A stretch of DNA of 41,491 nt from a virus (taxonomy: Duplodnaviria; Caudoviricetes), in IMG/VR virus record IMGVR_UViG_3300048575_000417, positions 1 to 41,491 of that record, one strand, 5' to 3'. Shown here one piece after another: positions 16,465 to 26,482 of this stretch. The notes under the pieces are model-generated. The model did not search any database. It was not told where the DNA came from and saw only the letters and a list, made by a program, of their open reading frames with translations. Position 1 is the first letter of the stretch; each line of letters starts with the position of its first letter. Made by a program: the position numbers and the translations under genes.

Positions 16465-18687
16465 GTGGACGACACGTCATATGAATTCCTGCGTCCGTTG
16501 GTGACCGGCTGGGTCGCGAAGATCCAGGCGGCGCTCAACAGTCCCCGCCGCAAGGAATTCGACGACGTCTGCGACCAGTGCATGTCTTTCTTCTCCGGCG
16601 CGGTCGGCTGGATGTGGGAGGAGAAGTACCGGCGGAAGTTTGTCGGCGGCAAGCTGGCCCCCAAGTTCCGCATCACCCTGGCCAAGGCATTTGAACTGGT
16701 CGCGGTGGTCGGGCCGCTTCTCTACCACCGCAATCCCGTCCGCGCCGTGCGGCCGTTTCCCGAGATCCAGTACGATCCCGAGGCGATTGCCCAGGCGTTG
16801 GGGATCCCCGCCGAACAACTCTCCGAGTGGGGGCAGATGGCCGAGCAGGCCCAGCAGGCGATGGCGCAGGGCCAGCCGCTCGATCCCCAGGTGCAACAGG
16901 GGGCGATGCTCTACGAGCAGTCCCAGGCCCAGATCCGCCGCCTCCTGGGGCAGGACAAGGCCGAGCGTGCGGCGACGCGCGTGGCCTGCCGGCTGATGGA
17001 GAAATATCTCTCGTACACGCCGCTGGAGCAGCCCAACGGCGGCCTGGAGCAAGCGGCCGAGGACGCGATCACCGAGATGTTCATCTACGGCCGAGGCGTC
17101 CTGTGGGTCCAGCCCTACACGATGCCGGGGTCCGAGCGGATCCTCACCGGCTGCTTCCACGACAACGCCCGGAATCTCGTCACCGATCCCGACGCGGAGA
17201 GTATCAACTTCGGGGAGACGAAGTGGGTCGCCCGCAAGCACCTGGAACCCTGGTGGGAGGTCGAACGCCGGTTCAGGCTCCCCTACGGTTCCCTGCGCAA
17301 GGCGGCCAGGCTGGAGTCCTCGGAAGCCCAGGCGGCCCGTCGTACGGCCGAGTTCGGGAACCTGGAACGCGAGCGGGGGAACACGAAGGATCTGGTCCGG
17401 TGGTGGGAGATCTGGTCCCTGGCCGGCGCTGGGCCGCGGATGAGCGGGTTCTCCCCGGTGATGGGCGAGGCCTTTGATACGGTGGTCGGCGACTACGCCT
17501 ACCTCTGCGTCTGCGAGGGCTATCCTGCGCCCTTGAACGCCCCGACCGAGCGGATCCGCACCGCGACCGACGACGAGGTCCGCGAGATGTTCTCCTGGCC
17601 GATTCCCTACTATGTCGACCAGCGGTGGCCGTTTGCCCTCTTGGAAACGTACCGGGAGCCGGGGAATTCCTACCCCATCGCGCCCTTGAAGCCGGGCTTG
17701 GGCGAGTTGACCTTCCTCAATCTGATCCTCAGCCACGTCGCATCGAGGCTGTGGACCTCGAGCCGCACGATCCTCGGCGTACTCGATTCGGCCCGCGCGT
17801 ACGTCGAGCGGCAGCTGCAATCCGGCGAGGACCTCTGCGTCCTGGGGATCAAGGACATCCACGGGGACATCACCAAGATCGTTAAGGAATTCCAGTTCAA
17901 GGAACTCTCCTACGATGTCTGGCGCGTGGTCGACCGGATCAGCGAGATCTTCGATCGCCGCGTCGGGCTCACCGACCTCATGTTCGGCATGAACCCCGGC
18001 GGCGCGGCCAGCCGCAGTGCGACCGACGTGAAGGCGAAGACCGAGAAGCTCAGCGTCCGACCGGACCACATGAGTAAAAAGATCGACGGGTGGATGCGCG
18101 AGGCGGCCCGGATGGAAAAGCTCTGCGCCTACTGGGCCGGCGTGTCGGGCGAGCATGTGCGGCCGCTCATGGGCACGCTCGGCGCGCTTCTCTGGGACAA
18201 GCTCGTGGTCCAGGCCGATCCCGAGCGGATCATCCGCGAGATGGACGCGACGGTCGAAAACGGCACGGCGCGCAAGCCGAACCGCGACCGGGATGCCGCG
18301 AACATGGGGCAGATCTACCAGCCGCTGTCGCAGCAGTTCACCGCCTACGCCCAGTTGACCGGGGACGCCGGTCCGCTCAACGCCCTGAACGCCAAGATGT
18401 TTGAGAGTATCGAGCAGGAGGCGTCGGGCCTGGAGATGGGCGACTGGGCACCGCCGCCGCCCCCGCCGGGATCGCCGAATCCGGCCGAGGTCGAAATGCA
18501 GGCCAAGCAGATGGAACTCCAGGCCAAGCGGGCCGAGGCGCAGACGCGGCAGGCCGAGGGCGCGGCCGAGGTCCGGCAGCGTGAGCAGGAGCACCGGCAG
18601 AAGCTGCGGCACCGCGCGGAAGAGCACAAGCAGAAGATCCGTCTCCAACAAGCGCAATCTCGAATGAAGCGAATCAAGAGCCAATAG
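16465..18687 (+). CDS. Portal protein (large, P22-like; 740 aa)
   Basis: GTG at 16465, downstream of terL. MFIYGRGVLWV, LVTDPDA, WEIW, RRVGLTDLMFG...RSATDV, and a C-terminal Q/E/R coiled coil. Confidence 0.8.
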   Translation: MDDTSYEFLRPLVTGWVAKIQAALNSPRRKEFDDVCDQCMSFFSGAVGWMWEEKYRRKFVGGKLAPKFRITLAKAFELVAVVGPLLYHRNPVRAVRPFPEIQYDPEAIAQALGIPAEQLSEWGQMAEQAQQAMAQGQPLDPQVQQGAMLYEQSQAQIRRLLGQDKAERAATRVACRLMEKYLSYTPLEQPNGGLEQAAEDAITEMFIYGRGVLWVQPYTMPGSERILTGCFHDNARNLVTDPDAESINFGETKWVARKHLEPWWEVERRFRLPYGSLRKAARLESSEAQAARRTAEFGNLERERGNTKDLVRWWEIWSLAGAGPRMSGFSPVMGEAFDTVVGDYAYLCVCEGYPAPLNAPTERIRTATDDEVREMFSWPIPYYVDQRWPFALLETYREPGNSYPIAPLKPGLGELTFLNLILSHVASRLWTSSRTILGVLDSARAYVERQLQSGEDLCVLGIKDIHGDITKIVKEFQFKELSYDVWRVVDRISEIFDRRVGLTDLMFGMNPGGAASRSATDVKAKTEKLSVRPDHMSKKIDGWMREAARMEKLCAYWAGVSGEHVRPLMGTLGALLWDKLVVQADPERIIREMDATVENGTARKPNRDRDAANMGQIYQPLSQQFTAYAQLTGDAGPLNALNAKMFESIEQEASGLEMGDWAPPPPPPGSPNPAEVEMQAKQMELQAKRAEAQTRQAEGAAEVRQREQEHRQKLRHRAEEHKQKIRLQQAQSRMKRIKSQ

Positions 18688-19251
18688 ATGCCCCTTTACG
18701 ACTACGTTTGCGACGCGTGCGGCCACCTCGAAGAACGGTTCCAGACAATCGCCGAGATGACGGCGACGAAGCTTCCGGCCGACTGCGGGACTTGCGGCCA
18801 ACGCGGCACGATTCGGCGGAAGATCAGCGCCCCGGCGGTCCAGACCGACAACACGTTCTTCGCCAACGTCGGCACGCTTCGGGACCAGTTCGGCGGCAAT
18901 GACCGTGAGTTGCATCGCGTGGTCACCGCGGCGAAACGCCAGGGTTACACGCCCAGCTACACCGACTTCTACTGCCCCTCCTTGGCCAACCGTCCCGGCG
19001 ATCCGAAGGCGTTCGTCCCGGCCTGCGGCGGCCGGTCCTACGTCCGCAAGCTGTGCGAGGAGCGGGGCGTGTCCTGCGAGGGGATGGTCAACTACAAGGC
19101 CCCGGAAGGCCGCCCTCGTCCTCGGGTGAGACTGGCCGAACGCACGATCGGACGCCTGATGCGCGAGGCGATCCGAAAAGACCCGGGACTGGCCAGCAAG
19201 AAGAACGAGTTGCGCGAGCAGATCATCGACAGGCACGCCTACAAGACGTAG
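18688..19251 (+). CDS. FmdB-family zinc-ribbon protein with C-terminal extension
   Basis: MPLYDYVCDACGH...CGTCG...RRKISAP. Confidence 0.85.
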   Translation: MPLYDYVCDACGHLEERFQTIAEMTATKLPADCGTCGQRGTIRRKISAPAVQTDNTFFANVGTLRDQFGGNDRELHRVVTAAKRQGYTPSYTDFYCPSLANRPGDPKAFVPACGGRSYVRKLCEERGVSCEGMVNYKAPEGRPRPRVRLAERTIGRLMREAIRKDPGLASKKNELREQIIDRHAYKT

Positions 19252-19266
19252 ATCGGGGGTGCGGCA

Positions 19267-19557
19267 GTGGCGGCAGCCAGAGGCGACACCTACCACGTCA
19301 ACCAGGACCAGTGCCGGGCGAGACACTCGGGAATCCGCTGGACGATCACCCTCCTGACGACCGTCCTCCTGGGTTTTTTGGGCGCTATCGGCTACGCGCT
19401 GGGGGAGGCCTCCGAGGCCCAGCGGATGGCGAGCGAGGCGGCGGCCGAACTGAAGGCGGACCGCGCCGGCCAGGCCGAGTTCAAGGCGAGGGTGTTGGCG
19501 AAGCTGGAAGAGATCATGACCGAGTTGCGCGAGTTGCGAGGCGGGAAGCGGGAGTAG
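19267..19557 (+). CDS. Small membrane protein (TM helix + coiled coil), holin/spanin-like
   Basis: WTITLLTTVLLGFLGAIGYAL hydrophobic helix, then heptads ending KLEEIMTELRELR. Confidence 0.55.
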   Translation: MAAARGDTYHVNQDQCRARHSGIRWTITLLTTVLLGFLGAIGYALGEASEAQRMASEAAAELKADRAGQAEFKARVLAKLEEIMTELRELRGGKRE

Positions 19558-19560
19558 CGG

Positions 19561-22500
19561 ATGGCGCTTTGTGAAATCCAGCTCGGTAGTCCGTACCCCA
19601 AGCCCGCTGGCTGTGGCCTCTTTCCGGGGCAGCTTGTCGGCATCGACATCATCGTCGGGAAGACGAACTACGAACTCGATGGAGGGTTTTATTACGGCGT
19701 AAACTGGAACAGTCCTCCCGGCGGCATGACCAGTCAGTTCCATGGGGCATATCCCATGGGGCGCACCGTCTACGTCGCCGCGCCGTCCGATGCCGACACG
19801 GCGACCCTCTATTGGGACAACTGGGGCGATGTCGGGCAGGGCAACGAAACCCACCAGTGGACGTTCCATATCGACCGGACGACGTTGCCGGTCATCCTTG
19901 GCTCGGAATGCCAGTACACCAACTGCAGCGCGCCGCCGCAACGGACGTTCCGGCTGAGCGTCGAAGTCGGCAATCTTCCCACGGCGTGGTCGTTCCAACT
20001 GTACGACTTCAATGACCAGCCGATTGGCGGGGGGACGATCAATTCGCCCGAGGGCGATCCGCAGAAGCGGAGTTGCACCCAGTGGGCGGTCATCTCCGAC
20101 ATCCCTGCGGAACCCCTTAATGAGTTCGGGCAACCGACCGGGCCGGGTCCCGTCAAGTATGCCGTTCTGACCGTCTCCAACCCCAACGGGACGATCACCT
20201 CCAGCCAGATCGGTATTGGCGTGCCGGGGATGGACGCGAGCACCCTGGGCGCGGATCGCACCACGATCCTTCCCGGCGAATCGGCCGTTCTTTCATGGAG
20301 CATTGGAGCGGGGGCCACTCGCGCGACGCTGAACGGCGAACTCATCTTCCTGCATGATTGGCCGCGCACCGGCACGAGAACGGTGTCGCCGTCCACAAAC
20401 ACGGTCTACACCCTGGAGGTTTGGGGGCAGGGATGCGAACCGGCCCTATCCACGGTCACGATCATGACCGGCGTGGCCGGATGGTTGCCGGGGTATCGCT
20501 ATCGCAAGCGGATCGATCTTCAGCAAGACAATCTCAGCGACAACCTTTCGCTCTTTCCCCTCCTGGTGCAGTTCTCCGACGCCGACATCGGCGCGCATGC
20601 GGTCGACGGCAACGACATCTGCTTTGCGGATGTGACCGGCCTCAGGCCGATCCGTTTCGAGCGCGAGAGTTTTGCGGTTTCCGAGGGGGTGGCCAACGGG
20701 ACGTTCTGGGTTGTCACCGATCTACTAAAGTCGGGGACCCACCTCTACATCTTCTACGGCAAGTACGGCGCGGAAGATGGCAGTCAAGCGGTCAGCGTGT
20801 GGGATCCGTACTACAAGTTGGTCTGGCACATGGGGAACGATCCGTCCAACGCCAACCAAATCCCCGACTCGACGATCAACCACAACCACGGAACCAAGCA
20901 GGGAGAGTACGGGGAGGCGTCCTCTTATCCCAGTGAAACGGACGGGATCGTCGCCAAGGCGCAGAATAGCCCGAACCACGGCTGGGTCCAGTCGGCAAAC
21001 GCCATCGGGATTGCCGGCAACGCCCCCAGAACCCTCTCGGCATGGGGCAAGATCGGCAGCTGGACCGATCCCGGTTGCCTTGTTGGGTGGGGCGACTCTT
21101 GCAGCGATCGAGGCGTCAGTTACCTGACTCCCAGCGTCGGAAACGCCGGCGAATTCGCCTTTTGGGCCTACGGCCTGGACGTTCCCTCAAGCGTCACGAG
21201 TACGGACAACGCATGGCACTACGTTTGCGCGACCTATGATGGATCGACCGTGCGGCTGTATGTCGACGGAGTTCAGGCGGCTGCGGCCGCCGGTCCGCTG
21301 TCGTCCTTGGATGGTTATGTCTATTCAGGGCGGGAGCCCGTGTCGATGTGCGGGTGGTCGTCCAACGGCACCTATGCGCATGGCGTTCTTGACGAAGTCC
21401 GGGTCTCCAGCGTCTGTCGTTCCGCCGCGTGGATCGCCTTTGAGTACCACAACATCCATCAGGCCGATCACGAACTGACGTGGTCGGCCGAGGAAGCCAG
21501 CCCCGACGCGGGTCAGGTCGGCTTCCTCGACGGCTGGTCGTATCGCCGCAAGATCACGGTCCAGGCCGACAAGCTCGATTCCGGCCTGAGCAACTTCCCG
21601 CTCTACGTCAGTTTTACGAACGACGCCCATCTCGGCGCGCACGCGAGGTCGGATGGGCACGACCTTCGCTTCACTGCCGCCGATGGTTTGGCCCTTCTTC
21701 CCTACGAACGCGAGTCGTTTTCCGTTGCCGACGGGCAGGCCACGGGAGGCTTCTGGGTCAAGACGAACGTCGCGACCAGCGGGACCGAGATCTACCTCTA
21801 CTACGGCAACGCGAGCGCGTCGGAGGGGCAGAACAAAACCGCCGTCTGGGACGCGAACTACAAGCTGGTCTGGCACATGGACAACAATCCCAGCAACTCC
21901 AGCCAAGTCCTCGACTCCACGTCCAACGCCAATTACGGAACGAAAATCAACTCCCCTGGCGAGGTTAACGCCAAGATTGGCAAGGGGCAAGAGACCAACG
22001 GCTCCAGTAGCTACGTTCAGTCCTCGCAGCCGATCGGGATTACCGGTGGCGAGCAGCGAACGCTGGGGATCTGGTGCAAGGTGTCGAGTGTTTCCAACGC
22101 GGCCACCTTGCTCGGCTGGGGAAGCGGCTATCAAGGCGGGCAGTCCTGGCTCAAGGCGGCGAGCGGAGAGAACGGCAACGTCTTCGGCTGGTGGGGCTGG
22201 GGTGGACCGGGCTACGACATGGACACCAATGCGACCAGCACGGACGGCAATTGGCATCAGTTTGTGGGCACGATTGACAGCAGCGGGCTCATGGCGCTGT
22301 ACGTGGACGGAGCACGAAAGGCCACCCAACAAAGCTACCTGAACAGTCCGAACGGTTACGTATGCGCCGGCGCTGGCCCAGCCTGGAACGCCTACGTGGG
22401 GGCGATTTTGGATGAGGCGAGGGTTTCCAAGGTCGCCCGTTCGGCCGCCTGGATCAAGTTCGAGTACTGGAACCTCCAGAGCGCCGACCACGAGTTGACC

Positions 22501-22593
22501 TGGGGCGAGATCGAATCGCCAGGACGGGCGGCGTCCCTTTTCCGGCGAACCCTCTTTCGGCGGTCGGGTACTCGGACCGCGATGGCAATCTAG
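19561..22593 (+). CDS. Virion adhesin-like protein: Ig-like N-terminus plus two DUF2341/LamG (ConA-like) modules
   Basis: Two ~335-aa modules (~20482-21495 and ~21523-22515), each with YRxxI, FPLxV, DxxF, ERE, FWV, YxxYG, VWHM, WH, LYVDG, LDExRVS and RSAAWIxFEY. Confidence 0.85.
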   Translation: MALCEIQLGSPYPKPAGCGLFPGQLVGIDIIVGKTNYELDGGFYYGVNWNSPPGGMTSQFHGAYPMGRTVYVAAPSDADTATLYWDNWGDVGQGNETHQWTFHIDRTTLPVILGSECQYTNCSAPPQRTFRLSVEVGNLPTAWSFQLYDFNDQPIGGGTINSPEGDPQKRSCTQWAVISDIPAEPLNEFGQPTGPGPVKYAVLTVSNPNGTITSSQIGIGVPGMDASTLGADRTTILPGESAVLSWSIGAGATRATLNGELIFLHDWPRTGTRTVSPSTNTVYTLEVWGQGCEPALSTVTIMTGVAGWLPGYRYRKRIDLQQDNLSDNLSLFPLLVQFSDADIGAHAVDGNDICFADVTGLRPIRFERESFAVSEGVANGTFWVVTDLLKSGTHLYIFYGKYGAEDGSQAVSVWDPYYKLVWHMGNDPSNANQIPDSTINHNHGTKQGEYGEASSYPSETDGIVAKAQNSPNHGWVQSANAIGIAGNAPRTLSAWGKIGSWTDPGCLVGWGDSCSDRGVSYLTPSVGNAGEFAFWAYGLDVPSSVTSTDNAWHYVCATYDGSTVRLYVDGVQAAAAAGPLSSLDGYVYSGREPVSMCGWSSNGTYAHGVLDEVRVSSVCRSAAWIAFEYHNIHQADHELTWSAEEASPDAGQVGFLDGWSYRRKITVQADKLDSGLSNFPLYVSFTNDAHLGAHARSDGHDLRFTAADGLALLPYERESFSVADGQATGGFWVKTNVATSGTEIYLYYGNASASEGQNKTAVWDANYKLVWHMDNNPSNSSQVLDSTSNANYGTKINSPGEVNAKIGKGQETNGSSSYVQSSQPIGITGGEQRTLGIWCKVSSVSNAATLLGWGSGYQGGQSWLKAASGENGNVFGWWGWGGPGYDMDTNATSTDGNWHQFVGTIDSSGLMALYVDGARKATQQSYLNSPNGYVCAGAGPAWNAYVGAILDEARVSKVARSAAWIKFEYWNLQSADHELTWGEIESPGRAASLFRRTLFRRSGTRTAMAI

Positions 22594-22602
22594 AGGTGGA
22601 GC

Positions 22603-25086
22603 GTGAAGCAGCGGAAGATTAGTAGTACCGATCACCCGATCTCGTTTCTGATGATCGATGCCGCCGACCACATCAGCGGGAAGACGGGACTGACCCCGAG
22701 CGTGGCCCTCTCCAAGGACGGCGGCGCGTTTGCGGCGGCGGCCGGCGCGGTGACCGAGGTGGGTAACGGCTGGTACAAGATCGCCGCAAACGCCACCGAC
22801 CGGGACACGCTGGGCGATCTGGTGATCCACGCCACGGCGACGGGGGCGGATCCGGTGGACGACCGCTACGAGATCGTCCCGTGGGATCCGTACGACGCGG
22901 TTCGCCTCGGCCTGACCGCGCTTCCTTCCTCGGGAACTGCCGCGACCTCGACCGAGGTTTCGGCGGTCCCCGGCAACGTGTGGTCGCAGACGACGCGAGC
23001 CCTGACCGACAAGGCGGGGTTCGCCCTTTCCGCAGCGGGCGTCGATGCGATCTGGGATGAGGCGAAATCGGGACACACGACGGTTGGGACGTACGGCTAC
23101 TATCTCGACGCCCAGGTATCGGCGGCGGGCGGATCGGGCGGCTTGACCGCTGCGGACGTGTGGGCGCATGCGAGCCGTACGCTCACCAGCGCCGCCAACG
23201 TGACCAGCACCGGCGGAACGATCGCCCTCGACAGTTCCGGGTACGTGACCACGACCAGCGGCGGATCGGGCGGGCTGACCGCCGCCGACGTGTGGACCTA
23301 TTCCCATCGAACGCTCTCGGGCAACGTCACCGCCGACCTGAGCGCCAACGCAGTCAGTTCGGTGTGGGGCTATGCCAACCGGACCCTAACAGGTTTCAAC
23401 TTCGCGGTGAACGTGTCGGCGGCCGGCGTGGACGCGATCTGGGACGAGCCGCGGGCGGGCCATACCACGGCAGAGACCTTTGGCCAGTACCTCGACGCGC
23501 AAGTCTCCACGGCGGCCGGCACTCCACTGACGGCGGCGGCCGTGTGGGCGCATGCCGACCGGACGCTCACGGCGGCGACCAATGTCACCAGCACGGGTAG
23601 CGCCGTGGCGCTCGACGCCAACTCGCGAGTGGTGGCAGGGTCTGTGGTCGAGAAGACTGGGTTCTCGTTGACCGCCGCCTATGATCCGGCCAAGACGGCG
23701 GCGCAGCCGGGCGATCCGATGGGCCTGACCGCGATGGCCATCGGCGCGATCTGGGACGAGGACAAGGCCAGCCACGCGATCTCGGGCACCTTCGGGGATC
23801 TGCTCGACGCGAAGGTATCGGGGGCCGGCGGCGAAAGCGGGCTCACGGCGGCCGAGGTCTGGGCGCACCCGTCCCGCAGCCTCACCAGCGCCGCGAATCT
23901 GACGACCACCGGCAGCGCGATCTACCTTGATCCAAGCGGCTACGTGACCGCCGGGGCCGTCGGCGACAAGACGGGGTTCGCCCTCACCGCCGCCTACGAC
24001 GCGGCGAAGACGGCGGCCCAGGCCGGCGCGGCGATGTCCCTGACTGCGGCGACGATCGACGCGATCTGGGACGAGACGCTCGCCGGCCACGCCCAGGCCG
24101 GATCGGCCGGATCGGCGCTTGCCGCTGCGGGCTCTTCGGGCGACCCGTGGGCGACCGTGCTCCCCGGCACCTATGCAGCCGGGACGGCAGGGGCGATCCT
24201 GGGAAGAAACCTGGATGCGGCGGTCACCAGTCGCCTTGCCGCAGCGGGCTACACGAATCCACCTTCCGCCGCGACGATCGCCGCCGCCGTCCTCGACGAG
24301 CAGAAGGGTGTCCACAGCGGCTGGCTGGCCGGGCTCAACAACCTGAGCGCCGCCCAGGTCCAGACGGCGTGCGCCGATGCCATCGCCGCGTACGATCCCC
24401 CCACCAGCGCGGAGATGGTGGCGCGCAGCTTGCCCGCGGCGGAATACGCAACTGGTGTTGGGCAGCAGGCGATTATCTCCTATGTTGATACGGAGGTCGC
24501 GGGGATCCAGGCCACGACCAATAAGCTCAATACCGCGCTGGAACTCGACGGCGGCCTGTGGCGATTCAGCCGCCGCGCGCTGGAGCAATCGCCGGCCTCG
24601 GGGCTGACGGCGCAACAGGTGCGGGACGCGATGCTCCTGGCGCCTTCGGGTGGCGCGGCGGCGACGGGGAGTGTCGACGCCTCTTTGAATGCGATTGCGG
24701 CAGACACCGCCGAGCTTCAAACCGACTGGGCGTCCGGTGGCCGGCTCGATGTGGTCCTGGCCGACGTGCCGACGACGGCCGAGTTCAACGCCCGTACACT
24801 TCCGGCAGCCGACTACTTCAACCCGGCCACCGACGCGGTCCAGGTGGCCGACAAGACCGGCTTCTCCCTCGCGCCGACCGGCTTGGACGCGATTCCCACG
24901 ACGACGCCAAGCGGAGTGGCGGGCAACTTCCGCGAGATGGTCGTCCAGCTGTGGCGGCGGTTCTTCCGCAAGACGACGATGGACGCCTCGCGGATCCGCA
25001 CCTACGCCGACGACGGTGCGACGGTGATCACGACCCAGGCCGTCGTCGACGACGGCACCACGCAGACGCAGGGGCCCGCCGCCTAA
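22603..25086 (+). CDS. Repeat-rich virion fibre/appendage protein
   Basis: N-terminal beta domain (TGLTPSVALSKDGGAF...EVGNGWY) and three ~100-aa repeats built from AIWDE..GH...G.YLDA.VS, LTAA.VWAH..RTLT and KTGF.L. Confidence 0.65.
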   Translation: MKQRKISSTDHPISFLMIDAADHISGKTGLTPSVALSKDGGAFAAAAGAVTEVGNGWYKIAANATDRDTLGDLVIHATATGADPVDDRYEIVPWDPYDAVRLGLTALPSSGTAATSTEVSAVPGNVWSQTTRALTDKAGFALSAAGVDAIWDEAKSGHTTVGTYGYYLDAQVSAAGGSGGLTAADVWAHASRTLTSAANVTSTGGTIALDSSGYVTTTSGGSGGLTAADVWTYSHRTLSGNVTADLSANAVSSVWGYANRTLTGFNFAVNVSAAGVDAIWDEPRAGHTTAETFGQYLDAQVSTAAGTPLTAAAVWAHADRTLTAATNVTSTGSAVALDANSRVVAGSVVEKTGFSLTAAYDPAKTAAQPGDPMGLTAMAIGAIWDEDKASHAISGTFGDLLDAKVSGAGGESGLTAAEVWAHPSRSLTSAANLTTTGSAIYLDPSGYVTAGAVGDKTGFALTAAYDAAKTAAQAGAAMSLTAATIDAIWDETLAGHAQAGSAGSALAAAGSSGDPWATVLPGTYAAGTAGAILGRNLDAAVTSRLAAAGYTNPPSAATIAAAVLDEQKGVHSGWLAGLNNLSAAQVQTACADAIAAYDPPTSAEMVARSLPAAEYATGVGQQAIISYVDTEVAGIQATTNKLNTALELDGGLWRFSRRALEQSPASGLTAQQVRDAMLLAPSGGAAATGSVDASLNAIAADTAELQTDWASGGRLDVVLADVPTTAEFNARTLPAADYFNPATDAVQVADKTGFSLAPTGLDAIPTTTPSGVAGNFREMVVQLWRRFFRKTTMDASRIRTYADDGATVITTQAVVDDGTTQTQGPAA

Positions 25087-25301
25087 TGCGACTCTTTTTT
25101 GCACCAGACGGGAAGCTGGATCGCCTGGATCGGGCCATGTGGATCACGGTACCGTTCGATCTGGCCGCCAACCGGGTCACGCCGCCCGTCGATGGGATCG
25201 GCCGCGCGGCAAGGACCGAGCGTTTCGTGCGCCGTGGCCGGGAAGGCGACTTTGGTGTGGTTCGGGCCGGCAGGCAGGAGATCGATGGGGTACGACGCTA
25301 G
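25086..25301 (+). CDS. Small basic hypothetical protein (71 aa)
   Basis: TAATG stop/start overlap with the fibre gene; ends just before the GGAG RBS of the next gene. Confidence 0.55.
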   Translation: MRLFFAPDGKLDRLDRAMWITVPFDLAANRVTPPVDGIGRAARTERFVRRGREGDFGVVRAGRQEIDGVRR

Positions 25302-25309
25302 GAGTGGCG

Positions 25310-26470
25310 ATGGGCGCAGCCTTGCTGACTTACGCCGACGCGATTGATCTGTTGGTCGACTTCACGGTCGGGCAGGGGGCCCAGGCGACCCAGCTGACGA
25401 TCCGCCGGGCCATCGAGGCCGCCTACCAGGACATCTGCCAGGCCCACCGCTGGACCTTTCTGACGCGCAACGGCCGAGTCTTCCTGCGAGCCCGCCAGGA
25501 GTTCGCTCAGGTCGCGTACGATCACACGGGCGGAACCTATGAACGGATGCTCACGCTGGCCGCCCCGGGCAAGTCCTGGCCGGCGTGGGCCGAGGACGCC
25601 TCGGTGCGGATCGGGGACGTGATCTGCGACGTGGAGGAGAGGATCTCCGACACGGTCCTGACCCTCAACACCACGATGAACCCGGGCCGGGACATCCCCT
25701 CGGGCGGCTGCGTCCTGTGGCCCCGCTACTACCGGCTCCCGAGCGACTTCCTCTCGTTCACCGGCCCCATGGCCGAGTCCTCCTGGCAACTCGGCGTGCC
25801 GGTGACGATGACCGAGATGCTGGCCCAGGACCGCTACCACACCGACAGCGGCGCGATCCAGTTCTACTCGGTGGCCGAGGTGCCCGATGTCTACGGGCGA
25901 CAGGCCCTGTTCGTCTACCCCGCCGCCGTGGCCGACGAGACGCTCGACTACGTCTATGTGCGCCGGCCTCGCGAACTCCGCTACAGCGGACACGACGCGG
26001 CCGAATACACCGGAACGATCACGCTGACCGCCGGTTCGGATGTCGTCCTCGGGACCGGCACCCAGTTTTCATCCGAGATGGTCGGATCGATCCTGCGGAT
26101 CGGCACCGACGCGGATCGGCCGACCGGCCGCTTCGGCGAGCATCCCTTCGCGGAAGAGCGGTCGGTGGCGAGCGTCGAGAGCGCGACCCAGCTGACCCTC
26201 GACGCCGGCGCGGCCGCAACCCGCAGCGGCGTCGGCTACGCGATCACCGACATAATCGATCTGGGCCGCGTCGCCCACACCGCTTTCCTGCGGCTGGCCG
26301 AGATGCACGTCGCCATCGGCCGCAACCTAAAGAGCCTCGGCGCGATCCGCGAGCTGGCCGACCGCGCGCTATTGGAGGCGATGGCCGCCGACAACCCCGT
26401 GGCCTACGATCCGGCCAGCGACGCACCGTACCCCATCGTGACGCTGCCGCAAGGCGAAGTGCGATTCTAG
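25310..26470 (+). CDS. Head-tail adaptor-like protein (podophage tail tubular A type) with beta insertions
   Basis: ATG 25310 follows GGAG. IRRAIEAAYQDICQAHRWTFL, YRLPSDF, LFVYP...DYVYVRRP and terminal helices. Confidence 0.6.
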   Translation: MGAALLTYADAIDLLVDFTVGQGAQATQLTIRRAIEAAYQDICQAHRWTFLTRNGRVFLRARQEFAQVAYDHTGGTYERMLTLAAPGKSWPAWAEDASVRIGDVICDVEERISDTVLTLNTTMNPGRDIPSGGCVLWPRYYRLPSDFLSFTGPMAESSWQLGVPVTMTEMLAQDRYHTDSGAIQFYSVAEVPDVYGRQALFVYPAAVADETLDYVYVRRPRELRYSGHDAAEYTGTITLTAGSDVVLGTGTQFSSEMVGSILRIGTDADRPTGRFGEHPFAEERSVASVESATQLTLDAGAAATRSGVGYAITDIIDLGRVAHTAFLRLAEMHVAIGRNLKSLGAIRELADRALLEAMAADNPVAYDPASDAPYPIVTLPQGEVRF

Positions 26471-26482
26471 GAGACTTTGGGG

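Noticed and set aside
16477-20133. 1218-aa antisense ORF and other long minus-strand ORFs (e.g. 1861-3831, 13599-15971, 21325-23307, 32926-34857)
   Set aside because: They lie opposite well-supported genes; stop-poor shadows are expected from high-GC codon bias.
19561-25086. DGR template/variable repeats or CRISPR array
   Set aside because: The repeats are in-frame protein repeats without adenine-specific mismatches or spacers, and no reverse transcriptase or cas gene is present.
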